Of a DNA stretch of 64,000 nt, positions 45,207-55,920 are shown in pieces (the stretch's first letter is position 1; each line of letters begins with the position of its first letter). The notes under the pieces are model-generated. The model had not been told where the DNA came from, did not search any database, and saw nothing but the letters and a program-made list of their open reading frames with translations. Source of the DNA: Candidatus Magasanikiibacteriota bacterium (lineage in GTDB: Bacteria; Patescibacteriota; Patescibacteriia; Magasanikbacterales; GWA2-37-8); the NCBI GenBank assembly GCA_041666265.1, contig JBAYHH010000003.1:2020-66019 (forward strand), in the 5' to 3' direction. Both the position numbers and the translations under genes were made by a program.

Positions 45207-47957
45207 ATGATTGATTTTTTAAAGAAAAATTTTTTAGCCATAATATTATCGTCACTTTTTGTTTTTGTCGTTATCTGGGCAGGGAACACCATATCAGTGA
45301 TTACCTGTCGCGGGGTTCTTGAGCCACTCACCATTAAAATAGATGGTTTAGACGAATATAGCCTTTCTTCTGTTAAGGTTTTGGCCATCCTCTCGCGCGC
45401 CGGCAATACTATAAATTTAGTTAAGGTGCCGGAGCACACGGGAGAATGGAATAATTATGGCCAAACATTCATAAAAAAGATAGTGCTTGGTTTAAAAAGC
45501 GAGCATTTGGATAAACTAAAACAAATAACGATCAGTCTGGGGTACAAGAATTTTATTTTTAGTCGTGATCAGTTTTTAGCCGAGTGGACTAAAAATAGTA
45601 ATCAAGAAGATAATTTTTCTTTAGCAAGTAATTTATATGATAAGGGAGGAAACCATAATTACCTGGTATATGAGGCGCCAGAACAAGTAAAGGCCGCACC
45701 ACTAAACATCCCTTTTTCACCCACTATTTTTTCCAGTATAAATTTTGGTGGTAGTGGCAAGCTGATTACTCAGCCATTGATAGCCAGTATTAAATCATTT
45801 ATTTTGGTAGAGATTGTAATGTTTGTTTTTTGCTTTATTCTACTCTATCTTCAAAGGAAAAATGATGGCGAGGTTAATGGCGGAGAAGATGATATACACA
45901 AGCGCCAGTTCATTATTTTTGGTTTGAGCATTGTCGTCGTTTTGTTGTTTTTGTTTTTATTTGATATTTTATTAGCACATTTTTATCAGCCAGATTTATC
46001 TCAAATATTGAAAGGTGCTTCTGGAATTTATCGAGACTTCATGTTGTCTAGTTTTGTGCCCAAACCAACGGAGCGAGCGCAATTTGTCCTCAGCGTATTA
46101 CTAAGTCCAATCTTGTTATTTTGCTCTTATAAATTAATAAATAAATACATTATCAAATTGAACGAAGGTATAATTAGGCGTCTGTATTATGTTTTAAGTA
46201 TCATTTTTCCTTTGGCAATTTTTGCCGTTGCTTATATTGGATTAGCCGTTAGTAATTTTCTTTACATAAAAGATAGTTATTTCTTTAATGGAATTGGCGA
46301 GTATTTATATGTTATTTTAGCGTTTCCGATTGGGGCTTACTTTGTTTATTCATCGAAAATGGAAAATAATAAAATAATTAAATTATTATTTTATTTATTT
46401 TATAGTTTGTTAATCTTGGTGATATTTTTTATCAATATTTTTGCCTTAAATGATGTTGTTTTGACCACCAAACTGTCATCTGCCCCCCACTTTAATCCGG
46501 TATTAAACCCAATAACGCAGGTAATAGTTGGCAAAACCATGCTGGTCGATCTGACTGGGCAATACGGGCTTTCGCCAATTTTTTTATCAGGTGTTTTTAA
46601 GTTGATAAATTTTAGTGTTCTATCATTTACTTCACTGATGGGTTTATTGTTGGCGCTAAGTTATTTTTTCATTTTTGTTTTTCTTCGGAGATTGATCAAG
46701 AGCAATGTTATTTTATTGTTAGGTTTTTCAACAGTGGTTTTTTATTTCTTCCAAAACGGTACTAATCCGAGTCCGTATTTTCAATATTGGCCAATTAGAA
46801 TTTTTTTTCCGTGTTTGATTTTGTTTCTAGCTTCTTTTTATATTAAAAATAAAAGTAAACTTCTTTATTTAGCGATATCTTTGGCCAGCACTCTGTCAAT
46901 TTTATGGAACACCGATTCGGGCGCGGTGGTATTCATTGCGTGGATTGCCACACTTTGTTATTCCGAATTATTTAACGCCAATAGAAAAATAATTGTCAAA
47001 AATATAATTTTGCATATAATTTTTGGGTTATTTGTATTGGGTTTGGTTTTGGCGACATATTCCATTTATGCATTTTTGAGAAGTGGGGCTTTGCCGGACC
47101 TTACTATATTATTGTTGTTTCAGAGGATTTTCTTATTAGGTTTTATGCTGATACCAATGCCGTTTCCGCATGTTTGGTTGTTGGCTGCCACAGCCTTTTT
47201 GGTTGGCCTGTTGATAGCCATTCGCAGTTGGTGCAATCAGGATAAAAGCGATAAGAATATTTTGATTTTCTTACTTTCGGTAATGGGTGTTGGCCTATTT
47301 AGCTATTATGAAGGCCGGTCTCATGATTATACTTTTTTTTGCCCCATGTATATTGTTTTGATTTTGTTAGCTGTTTTGGCAGATTTAATTTTTCAGGAGA
47401 GTATTGCCAACAAAAAATCTTATGGTAGTGGAATTATATTTTTAATGATATTGTTTTTTATTTTTTCTTCCCCATTAAATATAATTGCCAATAGCAAGCA
47501 ATACTATAGTTGGACCAAAAAAGGATTAAGCGCTTTTGTAGATAAAACCGAAACAATATTAACTAGGAATGTTGATTTTATAAAAAAATATACTGTTAGA
47601 GGAGAAAAAATTATTATTTTGTCGGAAAATTCACTAGATGGTTTGTATTATGGGGAGTCGGGCACGCGGTCCGCCTTAGATTTGCCTTCTTCAACTGAGG
47701 TGTTATTAAAACAAGAGGTTGATTATCTATTTAATGTGTTAAGGTGTAACCGTAGTTACAAATTGTTTTTTTATCCGTTTGAATATAGAGAAACAATTAT
47801 GCCCGATAAGTATTATTTTTATGACGAAAGAGTCATTAAAATTATCAAGAATGATTACGCGGTGGTAGAGAAAAGTAGTGACGATATGGTTTTATTGATT
47901 AGAAAAACTAGCGCGTCGAGTACTTGTGATATTCCCAAATTAAAATATCAAATATGA
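45207..47957 (+). CDS. very large polytopic membrane protein, candidate GT-C glycosyltransferase or polymerase
   Basis: 916 aa with more than 20 hydrophobic segments, immediately downstream of the GtrB-like gene. No motif-level assignment. Confidence 0.45.
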   Translation: MIDFLKKNFLAIILSSLFVFVVIWAGNTISVITCRGVLEPLTIKIDGLDEYSLSSVKVLAILSRAGNTINLVKVPEHTGEWNNYGQTFIKKIVLGLKSEHLDKLKQITISLGYKNFIFSRDQFLAEWTKNSNQEDNFSLASNLYDKGGNHNYLVYEAPEQVKAAPLNIPFSPTIFSSINFGGSGKLITQPLIASIKSFILVEIVMFVFCFILLYLQRKNDGEVNGGEDDIHKRQFIIFGLSIVVVLLFLFLFDILLAHFYQPDLSQILKGASGIYRDFMLSSFVPKPTERAQFVLSVLLSPILLFCSYKLINKYIIKLNEGIIRRLYYVLSIIFPLAIFAVAYIGLAVSNFLYIKDSYFFNGIGEYLYVILAFPIGAYFVYSSKMENNKIIKLLFYLFYSLLILVIFFINIFALNDVVLTTKLSSAPHFNPVLNPITQVIVGKTMLVDLTGQYGLSPIFLSGVFKLINFSVLSFTSLMGLLLALSYFFIFVFLRRLIKSNVILLLGFSTVVFYFFQNGTNPSPYFQYWPIRIFFPCLILFLASFYIKNKSKLLYLAISLASTLSILWNTDSGAVVFIAWIATLCYSELFNANRKIIVKNIILHIIFGLFVLGLVLATYSIYAFLRSGALPDLTILLLFQRIFLLGFMLIPMPFPHVWLLAATAFLVGLLIAIRSWCNQDKSDKNILIFLLSVMGVGLFSYYEGRSHDYTFFCPMYIVLILLAVLADLIFQESIANKKSYGSGIIFLMILFFIFSSPLNIIANSKQYYSWTKKGLSAFVDKTETILTRNVDFIKKYTVRGEKIIILSENSLDGLYYGESGTRSALDLPSSTEVLLKQEVDYLFNVLRCNRSYKLFFYPFEYRETIMPDKYYFYDERVIKIIKNDYAVVEKSSDDMVLLIRKTSASSTCDIPKLKYQI

Positions 47958-48865
47958 GCAATCCGATTTTGAGTATTTGCATTCCCACCTATAATAGAGC
48001 CAATTTTTTAAAAAAGAATTTGGATAGTATCATTTCGCAGTTTAATGATCGCAATATTAAAGAGTTGGTAGAAGTAGTAATATCTGATAATGCCAGCACG
48101 GATGATACTGCCATGGTCGTAAAATCATTTCAAGAAAGATTTGATAATATAAAGTTTTTTGAGAATGATCAAAATTTGTTGTTTGATAGGAATTTACTAA
48201 ATGTAATAGAAAAAAGTTCTGGTGAGTATTGTTTGACCATCGGCGATGATGATGCCCTGTTTTCAGGTAGTTTGGCCACCATTATTAGCAAATTAAAATC
48301 TATTCGTGCTGATTATTTTATTCTCAACAGTTGGGGGTATGACCATGATTTGAATCGACCATTGCTTTCACGCCCTAACACACAGCTTATCAACGATGTG
48401 ATTTTTAACAGTTTGGCAGATTTTGTCCGATCAATTAAAAAACACCGTGATTTAATAGGATATTTTGGCGGCATGTCTACTCAATTGTTTTTGCGGAATA
48501 TCTGGATGAATTATGAACACAAGAATGATTTTCTCGATACCCAAAGTATGCACACACTTGTCTTACTTAGTGCTTACAAAAATAGCAGGTTTGCCTTATT
48601 GGCATTCCCAGCTGTTAAAACCAGAAGTGATAACATGCGCTGGAACGCTATTCCTGGCCTAGAAACCACTATTCGTCGTAGCAAAGCCACTGTGGAGAGT
48701 GTTTTGTGGATTAAAAAACAATACAGCCTATCGATTTCCGGTTGGAAAATAAAAGTTTATTATCTAACCCGAGGATACTGGGTGGCTTTTAAAGAATTTA
48801 CTAAGAAGATTTTGTTAGAAATGGGACTTAAAAAAATTATTGATTTTTATCGTAGTTTAAAATAA
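47954..48865 (+). CDS. family 2 glycosyltransferase
   Basis: LSICIPTYNRANFL...VVISDNASTDDT. Confidence 0.75.
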   Translation: MSNPILSICIPTYNRANFLKKNLDSIISQFNDRNIKELVEVVISDNASTDDTAMVVKSFQERFDNIKFFENDQNLLFDRNLLNVIEKSSGEYCLTIGDDDALFSGSLATIISKLKSIRADYFILNSWGYDHDLNRPLLSRPNTQLINDVIFNSLADFVRSIKKHRDLIGYFGGMSTQLFLRNIWMNYEHKNDFLDTQSMHTLVLLSAYKNSRFALLAFPAVKTRSDNMRWNAIPGLETTIRRSKATVESVLWIKKQYSLSISGWKIKVYYLTRGYWVAFKEFTKKILLEMGLKKIIDFYRSLK

Positions 48866-48877
48866 TCCGATTTAATT

Positions 48878-49711
48878 ATGAGCAGTATTTCATTTGTAAT
48901 ATTTACAAAAAACGAAGAAAACAGAATAGGATATGTTATTCGTAATTTTATAAAATACGGTGAAGTTTTGGTATTTGATGATGGTAGTACCGATAAAACC
49001 GAGGATGTGGTCAAAGCGGCGGGGGGGCAGTACATCCTTCGTCCCAAGTCAGACGCTATGTATGTTGAAAGGCAGGATATGTATAATTTTATAAAGCCAT
49101 ACTTAAAAACCGATTGGATTTATTGGGGATATGCTGACAACATGGCATCCAAAATTCTACTGGATAAGATCTCGGAAGTTATTATAGATGGTAATATAAA
49201 GTATGTAAGGGTTCCTTTATATACTTATCTTTACGGTAACACCAAGATCCCCATGTTTAAAGGCTATGCCCCGATGTTTTTTAGGAAAGATTATATTGAT
49301 TTTACCGATAACATCATACACGGCATGGGGAAATTTATAGGAAAGAAAAATGAAATTTTAACCCTACCAAGCCGCGAGGAATACGCCATTCGCCATTATA
49401 GTCTATACGATATGAAAAAATTTGTTTTGAATCATCTGCGCTATGCGGAAGCAGAGGCGCAAAGTAAATTTGAAAGGGGAAAAAAATTTAGTATTTTTTT
49501 GATGATTGGAGCAATGATAAGGTATTTGGTTCTTTTCTATAAATTCTCTTTTAGGAATGGGGTTAAAGGTTTGGTGGTGGCTCTAATGTATTCGTATTTT
49601 AGACTGATGGTTTATGCTAAACTTTATGAATTAGAGAATGGTATTAGCTTAGAGTCGATTGAAGCAGATTTTATTGAGTCAAGAGAGAAAATTTTAAATG
49701 ATATTGAATAA
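48878..49711 (+). CDS. family 2 glycosyltransferase
   Basis: ISFVIFTKNEENRIGYVI...VLVFDDGSTDKT. Contains a G7 tract at 49021-49027. Confidence 0.7.
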   Translation: MSSISFVIFTKNEENRIGYVIRNFIKYGEVLVFDDGSTDKTEDVVKAAGGQYILRPKSDAMYVERQDMYNFIKPYLKTDWIYWGYADNMASKILLDKISEVIIDGNIKYVRVPLYTYLYGNTKIPMFKGYAPMFFRKDYIDFTDNIIHGMGKFIGKKNEILTLPSREEYAIRHYSLYDMKKFVLNHLRYAEAEAQSKFERGKKFSIFLMIGAMIRYLVLFYKFSFRNGVKGLVVALMYSYFRLMVYAKLYELENGISLESIEADFIESREKILNDIE

Positions 49712-49716
49712 TTTTT

Positions 49717-50508
49717 ATGATTACATTGATAACCTCGTCGTATCAGTCGGAAAAATATCTTAAAACATACATTACCAAGGTAGTGGAGGCGAGTAATTTT
49801 TTAGAAGACAAGATTAATTTTGAGATTATTGTTATTGCCAATGCGCCCACAAAAAAAGAGGTAGAAGCGTTTGAAAATTTAAATAAGGAAAAATGGTTCA
49901 GATATGTGGAAGTACCGAGAGAGTCGGTTTTTGCTTCAATTAATCGTGGGGTGGATTTGGCAAAAGGCGATGTGGTGGGGTTGTGGAATGTTGACGATGT
50001 TCGTTTTCCGGAAGCATTGATCGACAGTGACCGCTTGTTTAAAAATAATATTGATATAGTTTATTTTCCTTTCATTATAAAGTGGTATTTAAATTTAATC
50101 GGCATTAATTTTTTAATAAAGAGAAAAATAATCAAGCCGCCATTATTTGATAAAAAAAAATTTACTAGCGAAATGCATTGCGGCCCTTTTTTTCTTTTCA
50201 GAAAAGATTTTTATAAGCAAGTTGGTCCATTTGACGAGCAATTTAAAATATCAGGCGACCTTGATTGGTGTATCCGTGCCGCTAAAATTTCTGATAAATT
50301 TGTTTTGTCAGAAAAAGATGGCGGGGTGTTTAGGGTTGATGGTGGCGGTCTTAGCGCGGGAAGAAAGAAGCAGCATCTCTTGGAGGATAATATTATTAAG
50401 GCGCGCCACCACCTTTCCAATGAATTAAAAAATTTTAGCGCGAAGGAATTTTCGGGATTTAAAATTAACATGATTCAACGAAATAATAATTTTACAAATT
50501 ATTTGTAG
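49717..50508 (+). CDS. putative glycosyltransferase (GT-A-like)
   Basis: ITLITSSYQSEKYL N-terminus. Weak GT2-like similarity. Confidence 0.5.
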   Translation: MITLITSSYQSEKYLKTYITKVVEASNFLEDKINFEIIVIANAPTKKEVEAFENLNKEKWFRYVEVPRESVFASINRGVDLAKGDVVGLWNVDDVRFPEALIDSDRLFKNNIDIVYFPFIIKWYLNLIGINFLIKRKIIKPPLFDKKKFTSEMHCGPFFLFRKDFYKQVGPFDEQFKISGDLDWCIRAAKISDKFVLSEKDGGVFRVDGGGLSAGRKKQHLLEDNIIKARHHLSNELKNFSAKEFSGFKINMIQRNNNFTNYL

Positions 50509-50532
50509 TTTGATATTAGTATTACATGATAT

Positions 50533-51465
50533 ATGGGATTAGTAATTCTCGATCGATCACCAAAATTGAATATATTTTCTTTAGAATATTTAAAAAATAT
50601 TGGTCGTTCCATATTTAAGAAAACCAGAGGCCCTCAAGCGGTTACCACTGGTCTGTTGTTTGGCTTAAACGAACTCCGGTATGGATATAAATATAATCCA
50701 AAAGAAAAAAAAATTGATTTCGATGATATTGTTTATGTGAACGGGAGTATCAGGGCGCTTAAATGGGCAATTAAGGCAAAAAGAGACGGGAAAATAAGAA
50801 ATTTAATTGCCGGCCCGGTAATGACAGTTTTGCCAGATGATAAGTCAGGGATAATGTTAGATAAAAATATAGACAGGATTTTATTTCCTTCTCAATGGAC
50901 AAAAGATTTTTGGTTGTCGTTGGCTCCTTGGTTGGGTGAAAAAATACAAATCTGGCCAGCCGGCGTGAGTGACCCCGGAATGGTCAAAAATAGAAAAAAT
51001 AGCAGTTTTATAATATATCAAAAAAATGCGCCGGTAGCACTGTTGAGTCATATTATAAATTATTTTGAAACAAAAAATATAAATTATAAAATAATAAAAT
51101 ACGGAAGCTATAAAAAGAGTTTTTATCTTAAAATGCTGGAGAATAGTACGGGAATGGTGTATTTGTCGGAGTCAGAGAGTCAGGGGTTGGCATTGTGCGA
51201 GGCTTGGATGTATAATATACCAACCATAGTGTGGAATAGGGGATATTGGGAGTATGGTAAATATAAGTGGTTCGACACAAAGATAAGCGCTCCATATTTG
51301 ACCGAAGAATGCGGAAGGTTTTTTGCAGGAAAGGATGATTTCATAGAGAAATGGCATGATTTTGAAAATAATCTGAATGTGTATAAGCCTCGTACCTATG
51401 CCGTGGATCACTTTTCCAACAAGGTGTCGGCCAATATATTTGTGGATTTATTAAAGATTTGTTGA
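50533..51465 (+). CDS. putative GT-B glycosyltransferase (EX7E motif)
   Basis: ESESQGLALCEAWMYNIPTI carries the E-x7-E motif of GT1/GT4 enzymes. Confidence 0.5.
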   Translation: MGLVILDRSPKLNIFSLEYLKNIGRSIFKKTRGPQAVTTGLLFGLNELRYGYKYNPKEKKIDFDDIVYVNGSIRALKWAIKAKRDGKIRNLIAGPVMTVLPDDKSGIMLDKNIDRILFPSQWTKDFWLSLAPWLGEKIQIWPAGVSDPGMVKNRKNSSFIIYQKNAPVALLSHIINYFETKNINYKIIKYGSYKKSFYLKMLENSTGMVYLSESESQGLALCEAWMYNIPTIVWNRGYWEYGKYKWFDTKISAPYLTEECGRFFAGKDDFIEKWHDFENNLNVYKPRTYAVDHFSNKVSANIFVDLLKIC

Positions 51466-52184
51466 TTTATATTATGTTGTCAGAATACTTTTTACGCGTC
51501 AAATTACAGTTTAGAAAGCCAATAAACTATATTTATAGTTTTAGCTTTTTCAAACAATTTATTGGTCCAAACAAATTATTTTTTGATATTGGTGCTAATG
51601 TAGGCAACCGTACTAGAGTTTTTAATCGGTTGGGCGTAAAGGTGGTCGCTTTAGAGCCTCAGTCAAATTGCGCCGATAAACTCGCAAAAGAGTTTGTTAA
51701 TAAGAATGTGGTAATAGTACGCAAAGGCGTTGGAAGAGGGATGGGGGAGATGAGAATGAGTGTTTGTACAAATGTGAGCAGCATTTCTACTTTTTCCGAA
51801 GATTGGAAAACCGGACGATTCAAAAATTTTAAGTTTGATAAGGAGATTGTGGTTCCTATGACCACACTGGATAAATTAATAGCAGAATACGGTAGTCCAG
51901 ATTTTTGCAAAATAGATGTAGAAGGCTATGAGTTTGAAGTTTTTGCTGGCTTAACTAAAAAAATAGATTGCTTGAATTTTGAGTTCACCAGTGAATTTTT
52001 TAAAAATACAATTAAATGTCTCGAAAGATTGATAGTGATTGGTTTTAAAGAATTTAATTTTACTTTAGGTGAGGAGCCATTTTTTATTTTGCAGTCATGG
52101 GTTAACAAAGACATGTTACATGCTATTATTGAAGAAAAAATTAAAAATAATACTGATTTGTGGGGGGATATTTATGCTAGATAA
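51459..52184 (+). CDS. FkbM-family SAM-dependent methyltransferase
   Basis: FFDIGANVGNRTRVF...VVALEPQ, a signature of the FkbM family. Confidence 0.75.
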   Translation: MLIYIMLSEYFLRVKLQFRKPINYIYSFSFFKQFIGPNKLFFDIGANVGNRTRVFNRLGVKVVALEPQSNCADKLAKEFVNKNVVIVRKGVGRGMGEMRMSVCTNVSSISTFSEDWKTGRFKNFKFDKEIVVPMTTLDKLIAEYGSPDFCKIDVEGYEFEVFAGLTKKIDCLNFEFTSEFFKNTIKCLERLIVIGFKEFNFTLGEEPFFILQSWVNKDMLHAIIEEKIKNNTDLWGDIYAR

Positions 52185-52193
52185 TTAAAATTT

Positions 52194-54128
52194 ATGTTTA
52201 TGCAATTTTTGGTAGCGTTTTTTTGGGGGATTGTAGTACTGCTGGCTTTTATTGGCTATGGCAGACTTCTTAATTTAATTTTATCTCCCGGAAAAAAATT
52301 TGATCTGGGCATGCAGGCGGCCTTTGGTTTAATCTTGAGTATAACGATCGGAGGTTTTTTGAATTTTATCGCCGTTATTTCGGTATTATCAATAAAAATT
52401 TTTATTACTTTTGGTTTTTTATCGTTTTTATTTTTTTGGCTTAAAAATTTTCGAACATGGCCAATACTAATACATCAAGTATTTTCATTTGTCAAAGAAA
52501 ATATAATTTTTGCCGTGGCCGTGACTGTGATTTTCGTGATTATTTTAGGTCGTTATAGTGTTGCGGTTTCCTTTTTCGGTTTTAATGGCACCGATGATCA
52601 TTATAGTTATATGGCTTTTCCGGCACAGATGTTACAGATCGGCTCGCTTAGTAACGATCCCTTTAACGAGCGCCGTCTGGAGTCGTCTCTTGGCGGTCAG
52701 TATTTTTTGCACGCCATCATTCTTTCCGTCACCTCTTTTAAGAACTTACATCTCACAGACAATGGATTGGGTTATTTAATTTTAGTGCTTTTATTGGTTG
52801 GTTTTCTTAGAGAAAAGAAAATCGGGAAGTTTCTTGGCATCAGTGTTGTTTTTTTAATGACGGTTGTTGTCTCTCCCGTGCTTAATATTACCGCCAGCTA
52901 CACCGCCGCTGTTGTATTTTTTCTTTTTTTTAGATTGTCCTATCCGATTTTAGGATTCAAAAATCATTCCAATCTGTTTAGTGCGCTAATGATTGCTTTG
53001 CCATTATCGGCAATTTGCGCTCTAAAATCCACCTACATTGTTGTCGCGGCAATGTTGTTTATTGGGCATTATTTTGTGTATTTTCGTCGTATTGGCAATT
53101 ATCGGCCGGTAATCAAGGAGCTGGTTGTGACGGTGTCAGCAATTTTTATTTTCCTTCTGCCATGGATGTTATCAATGTTGTCATCTTCGGGGACAATGCT
53201 TTGTCCAATTTTTGGTCGCGGTTATCAAGGAACCGCTTATGGGGCTTTTGAGCATGTTGTTCAATTTGATTTGTACAGCTTATTGCGCTTGCTTTTTGAA
53301 AGTTTTAGTAGTTTTACCACACTACTACCGTTTGCTGTAATCGGTATTATGGCCTATGGTTTAGTTGGCGGTGAAGAAAAGCATTTTTTCTGGGTCATAT
53401 TTTTAAGCTCATTATCCGGTTTGTTGGCATTGATTTTGCTCATGGGCGGATATAGTTTGTATTATTATAGTTTTGCATTTCTTTTTTCAAGCATTTTATT
53501 TGTTGCTTGTTTATTGTTCGCCGGGGATTTGCGTTTTCGTATTTTTCCTATTTTTAATGATCGCCTGGTTGGATTAGCTTTGGTAACTTTTTTATTTGGT
53601 GCATTTTTACAGAGAGATTTGGCAGTGGTGGACAATATAAAATATAGCCTAAACATCGATGGTGGCCGACCGAAGATCGGGCTTATCAATTCTGATTTAG
53701 TAAGTGAGAAAGAGCTTAAACAATATTCGGATTTGCAAAAATCAGTCCCGGCTGGAGAAATAATTATTGCCCGACTCGACAAGAATTTTTTGTTTGATTT
53801 TAAAAGAAACAGGATTTATATAAATGATTCGCCGGGTGGATCCAGTTTGCCTCCCGGAATTCCATTAAAAAGCGGTAGCGAATCTATGGCTAACTATTTT
53901 TTATCCCACAATATTAAATATATCACATATTCTTACGGAAATGAGGCAAATTTTTCTTTTGCGTCCGTATCTGGGATGCTGAAACCGCATGTAAATCGGT
54001 TATTGCGCTCCATTACCGAAAATAGTTTAGCTTTTCAGGATTACACCATGGAATTAAGCAAAACAAGAAAAATAATTTATGATGACGGAAAAAATTTTGT
54101 AATCGATTTATCAATTATAACTAAATAA
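52194..54128 (+). CDS. polytopic membrane protein (Wzy-like polymerase candidate) with a C-terminal soluble domain
   Basis: About 14 hydrophobic segments in the first 480 aa, then a hydrophilic C-terminal domain. Confidence 0.45.
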   Translation: MFMQFLVAFFWGIVVLLAFIGYGRLLNLILSPGKKFDLGMQAAFGLILSITIGGFLNFIAVISVLSIKIFITFGFLSFLFFWLKNFRTWPILIHQVFSFVKENIIFAVAVTVIFVIILGRYSVAVSFFGFNGTDDHYSYMAFPAQMLQIGSLSNDPFNERRLESSLGGQYFLHAIILSVTSFKNLHLTDNGLGYLILVLLLVGFLREKKIGKFLGISVVFLMTVVVSPVLNITASYTAAVVFFLFFRLSYPILGFKNHSNLFSALMIALPLSAICALKSTYIVVAAMLFIGHYFVYFRRIGNYRPVIKELVVTVSAIFIFLLPWMLSMLSSSGTMLCPIFGRGYQGTAYGAFEHVVQFDLYSLLRLLFESFSSFTTLLPFAVIGIMAYGLVGGEEKHFFWVIFLSSLSGLLALILLMGGYSLYYYSFAFLFSSILFVACLLFAGDLRFRIFPIFNDRLVGLALVTFLFGAFLQRDLAVVDNIKYSLNIDGGRPKIGLINSDLVSEKELKQYSDLQKSVPAGEIIIARLDKNFLFDFKRNRIYINDSPGGSSLPPGIPLKSGSESMANYFLSHNIKYITYSYGNEANFSFASVSGMLKPHVNRLLRSITENSLAFQDYTMELSKTRKIIYDDGKNFVIDLSIITK

Positions 54129-54151
54129 AATTTAATTTTTAATAATGATCT

Positions 54152-55861
54152 ATGAAAATACTTGGTTTAAGCAGTTATTCCCATGAGGCCAGCGCCGCTC
54201 TTATTGTTGATGGTCAGTTAGTCTCATTTGTCGAAGAAGAGCGCATTAATCGTGAGAAACATACATGGAAATTTCCAAAAAATGCAATTACCGCCTGTTT
54301 AAAAGAGGCCAAGTTATCTATTAGGGATATTGACCATTTTACTTTTTTCTGGGTGCCATCCAAGGAATTAACCGGTAATTTATTACATTTTGCAAAGTTT
54401 TTTCCAGAGAGTATAAATCTATTTAAAGCCTCGTCCGGTTCTGATGATTTAACTTTTTTAACAAGATTAAATTTGATGCGAAACATCGGGCGTACTTTAA
54501 AAAATGAGTTTGGTTTATCGCAGATACCGCATGTTCATTATATCGAACATCATTTATCTCATGCGGCCAGTGCTTTTTTTGTTTCTCCTTATCAGGATGC
54601 TGCTATTTTAACAATGGACGGTCGCGGTGAATCAACGTCAACATTCTTGGCGGTCGGACATCAGAATAAAATTGAGAGGATAAAAGAAATTAAAGTTCCG
54701 CATTCTTTGGGACATTTATACGCAGCCGTTACCGATCATTTAGGATTCAAACCTTTTTTTGATGAGTGGAAGGTTATGGGAATGTCCGCATATGGAAAAA
54801 ATACTTATGTTAAAGATTTTCAAGATGTGGTTTCTTTGCTCAGCGACGGAACATATCGGCTTAATTTGGAATATTTTAAATTTCATACCCATGGCCAATC
54901 TCAATGGGTGAGTGATTTGTTCATAAAAAAATTTGGTCCTAAGAGAAAATATCAGGATCCATACGAACCACGACATTATGATATTGCTTATGGATTACAA
55001 AAAATTGTAGAAAATGCCGGAGTAAATTTAGCCAAACATCTATACGAAATAACGCAACTTCCCAACCTTTGTATGACCGGCGGAGTTGTTTTGAATTGTC
55101 TAATGAACAAAAGAATAGTCGAGGAGACGCAGTTTAAGGAATTCTTTTTTCAGCCAATTGCCAATGACGCAGGAACATCTTTGGGCAGTGCTTTGTATTT
55201 TCATCATCAAATTCTTAATCAGCCCCGTAAATTCATTTTTGATTCGGTTTATTGGGGGCCACAGTATAGTCCGGCGGAGATAGAAGATGTGCTAATCAAA
55301 ATGAGGGTTAAATATAAACGCTGTGATAATATTGCACGAGAAACAGCCCCACATATCGCCCAAGGTAAAATTGTTGGCTGGTTTCAAGGGAGAATGGAGG
55401 CAGGTCCTCGAGCTTTGGGTAATCGCAGTATCGTCGTCACTCCCGTTAACTCAGCAATGAAGGACAAGCTTAATGAACGCGTTAAAAAACGCGAGCATTT
55501 TCGTCCGTTCGCGCCATCAGTATTAGAAGAAAAAGCATCGGAGTATTTTAATATGCCCAAGGGGCAGTTATCGCCTTACATGATTCTTGTTGCCGATGTA
55601 AAGGAATATAAAAAGAATGTTATTCCAGCGGTTACGCATGCTGATGGGACATCGCGGGTTCACACGGTAAACCGAAATACTAATCCCCGATATTGGGAAC
55701 TAATTTCCGAGTTCGAAAAAATTACCGGTGTCGCGGTTATTATCAATACTTCTTTTAATGAGAATGAGCCAATCGTCTGTACACCACAGGATGCAGTTAG
55801 TTGTTTCTTGAGAACGGAGTTTGATGTGTTGGCTATCGGAGATTTCTTGGTTGAAAAATAA
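54152..55861 (+). CDS. carbamoyltransferase (NodU/CmcH/TobZ family)
   Basis: MKILGLSSYSHEASAALIVDGQLVSFVEEERINREKH N-terminus and C-terminal carbamoyltransferase-domain motifs; 569 aa. Confidence 0.85.
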   Translation: MKILGLSSYSHEASAALIVDGQLVSFVEEERINREKHTWKFPKNAITACLKEAKLSIRDIDHFTFFWVPSKELTGNLLHFAKFFPESINLFKASSGSDDLTFLTRLNLMRNIGRTLKNEFGLSQIPHVHYIEHHLSHAASAFFVSPYQDAAILTMDGRGESTSTFLAVGHQNKIERIKEIKVPHSLGHLYAAVTDHLGFKPFFDEWKVMGMSAYGKNTYVKDFQDVVSLLSDGTYRLNLEYFKFHTHGQSQWVSDLFIKKFGPKRKYQDPYEPRHYDIAYGLQKIVENAGVNLAKHLYEITQLPNLCMTGGVVLNCLMNKRIVEETQFKEFFFQPIANDAGTSLGSALYFHHQILNQPRKFIFDSVYWGPQYSPAEIEDVLIKMRVKYKRCDNIARETAPHIAQGKIVGWFQGRMEAGPRALGNRSIVVTPVNSAMKDKLNERVKKREHFRPFAPSVLEEKASEYFNMPKGQLSPYMILVADVKEYKKNVIPAVTHADGTSRVHTVNRNTNPRYWELISEFEKITGVAVIINTSFNENEPIVCTPQDAVSCFLRTEFDVLAIGDFLVEK

Positions 55862-55920
55862 ACAAGAATAAAGATTACCATTCATTACACAAATTTTTTA
55901 GTCAATAATTTATTCTATAT

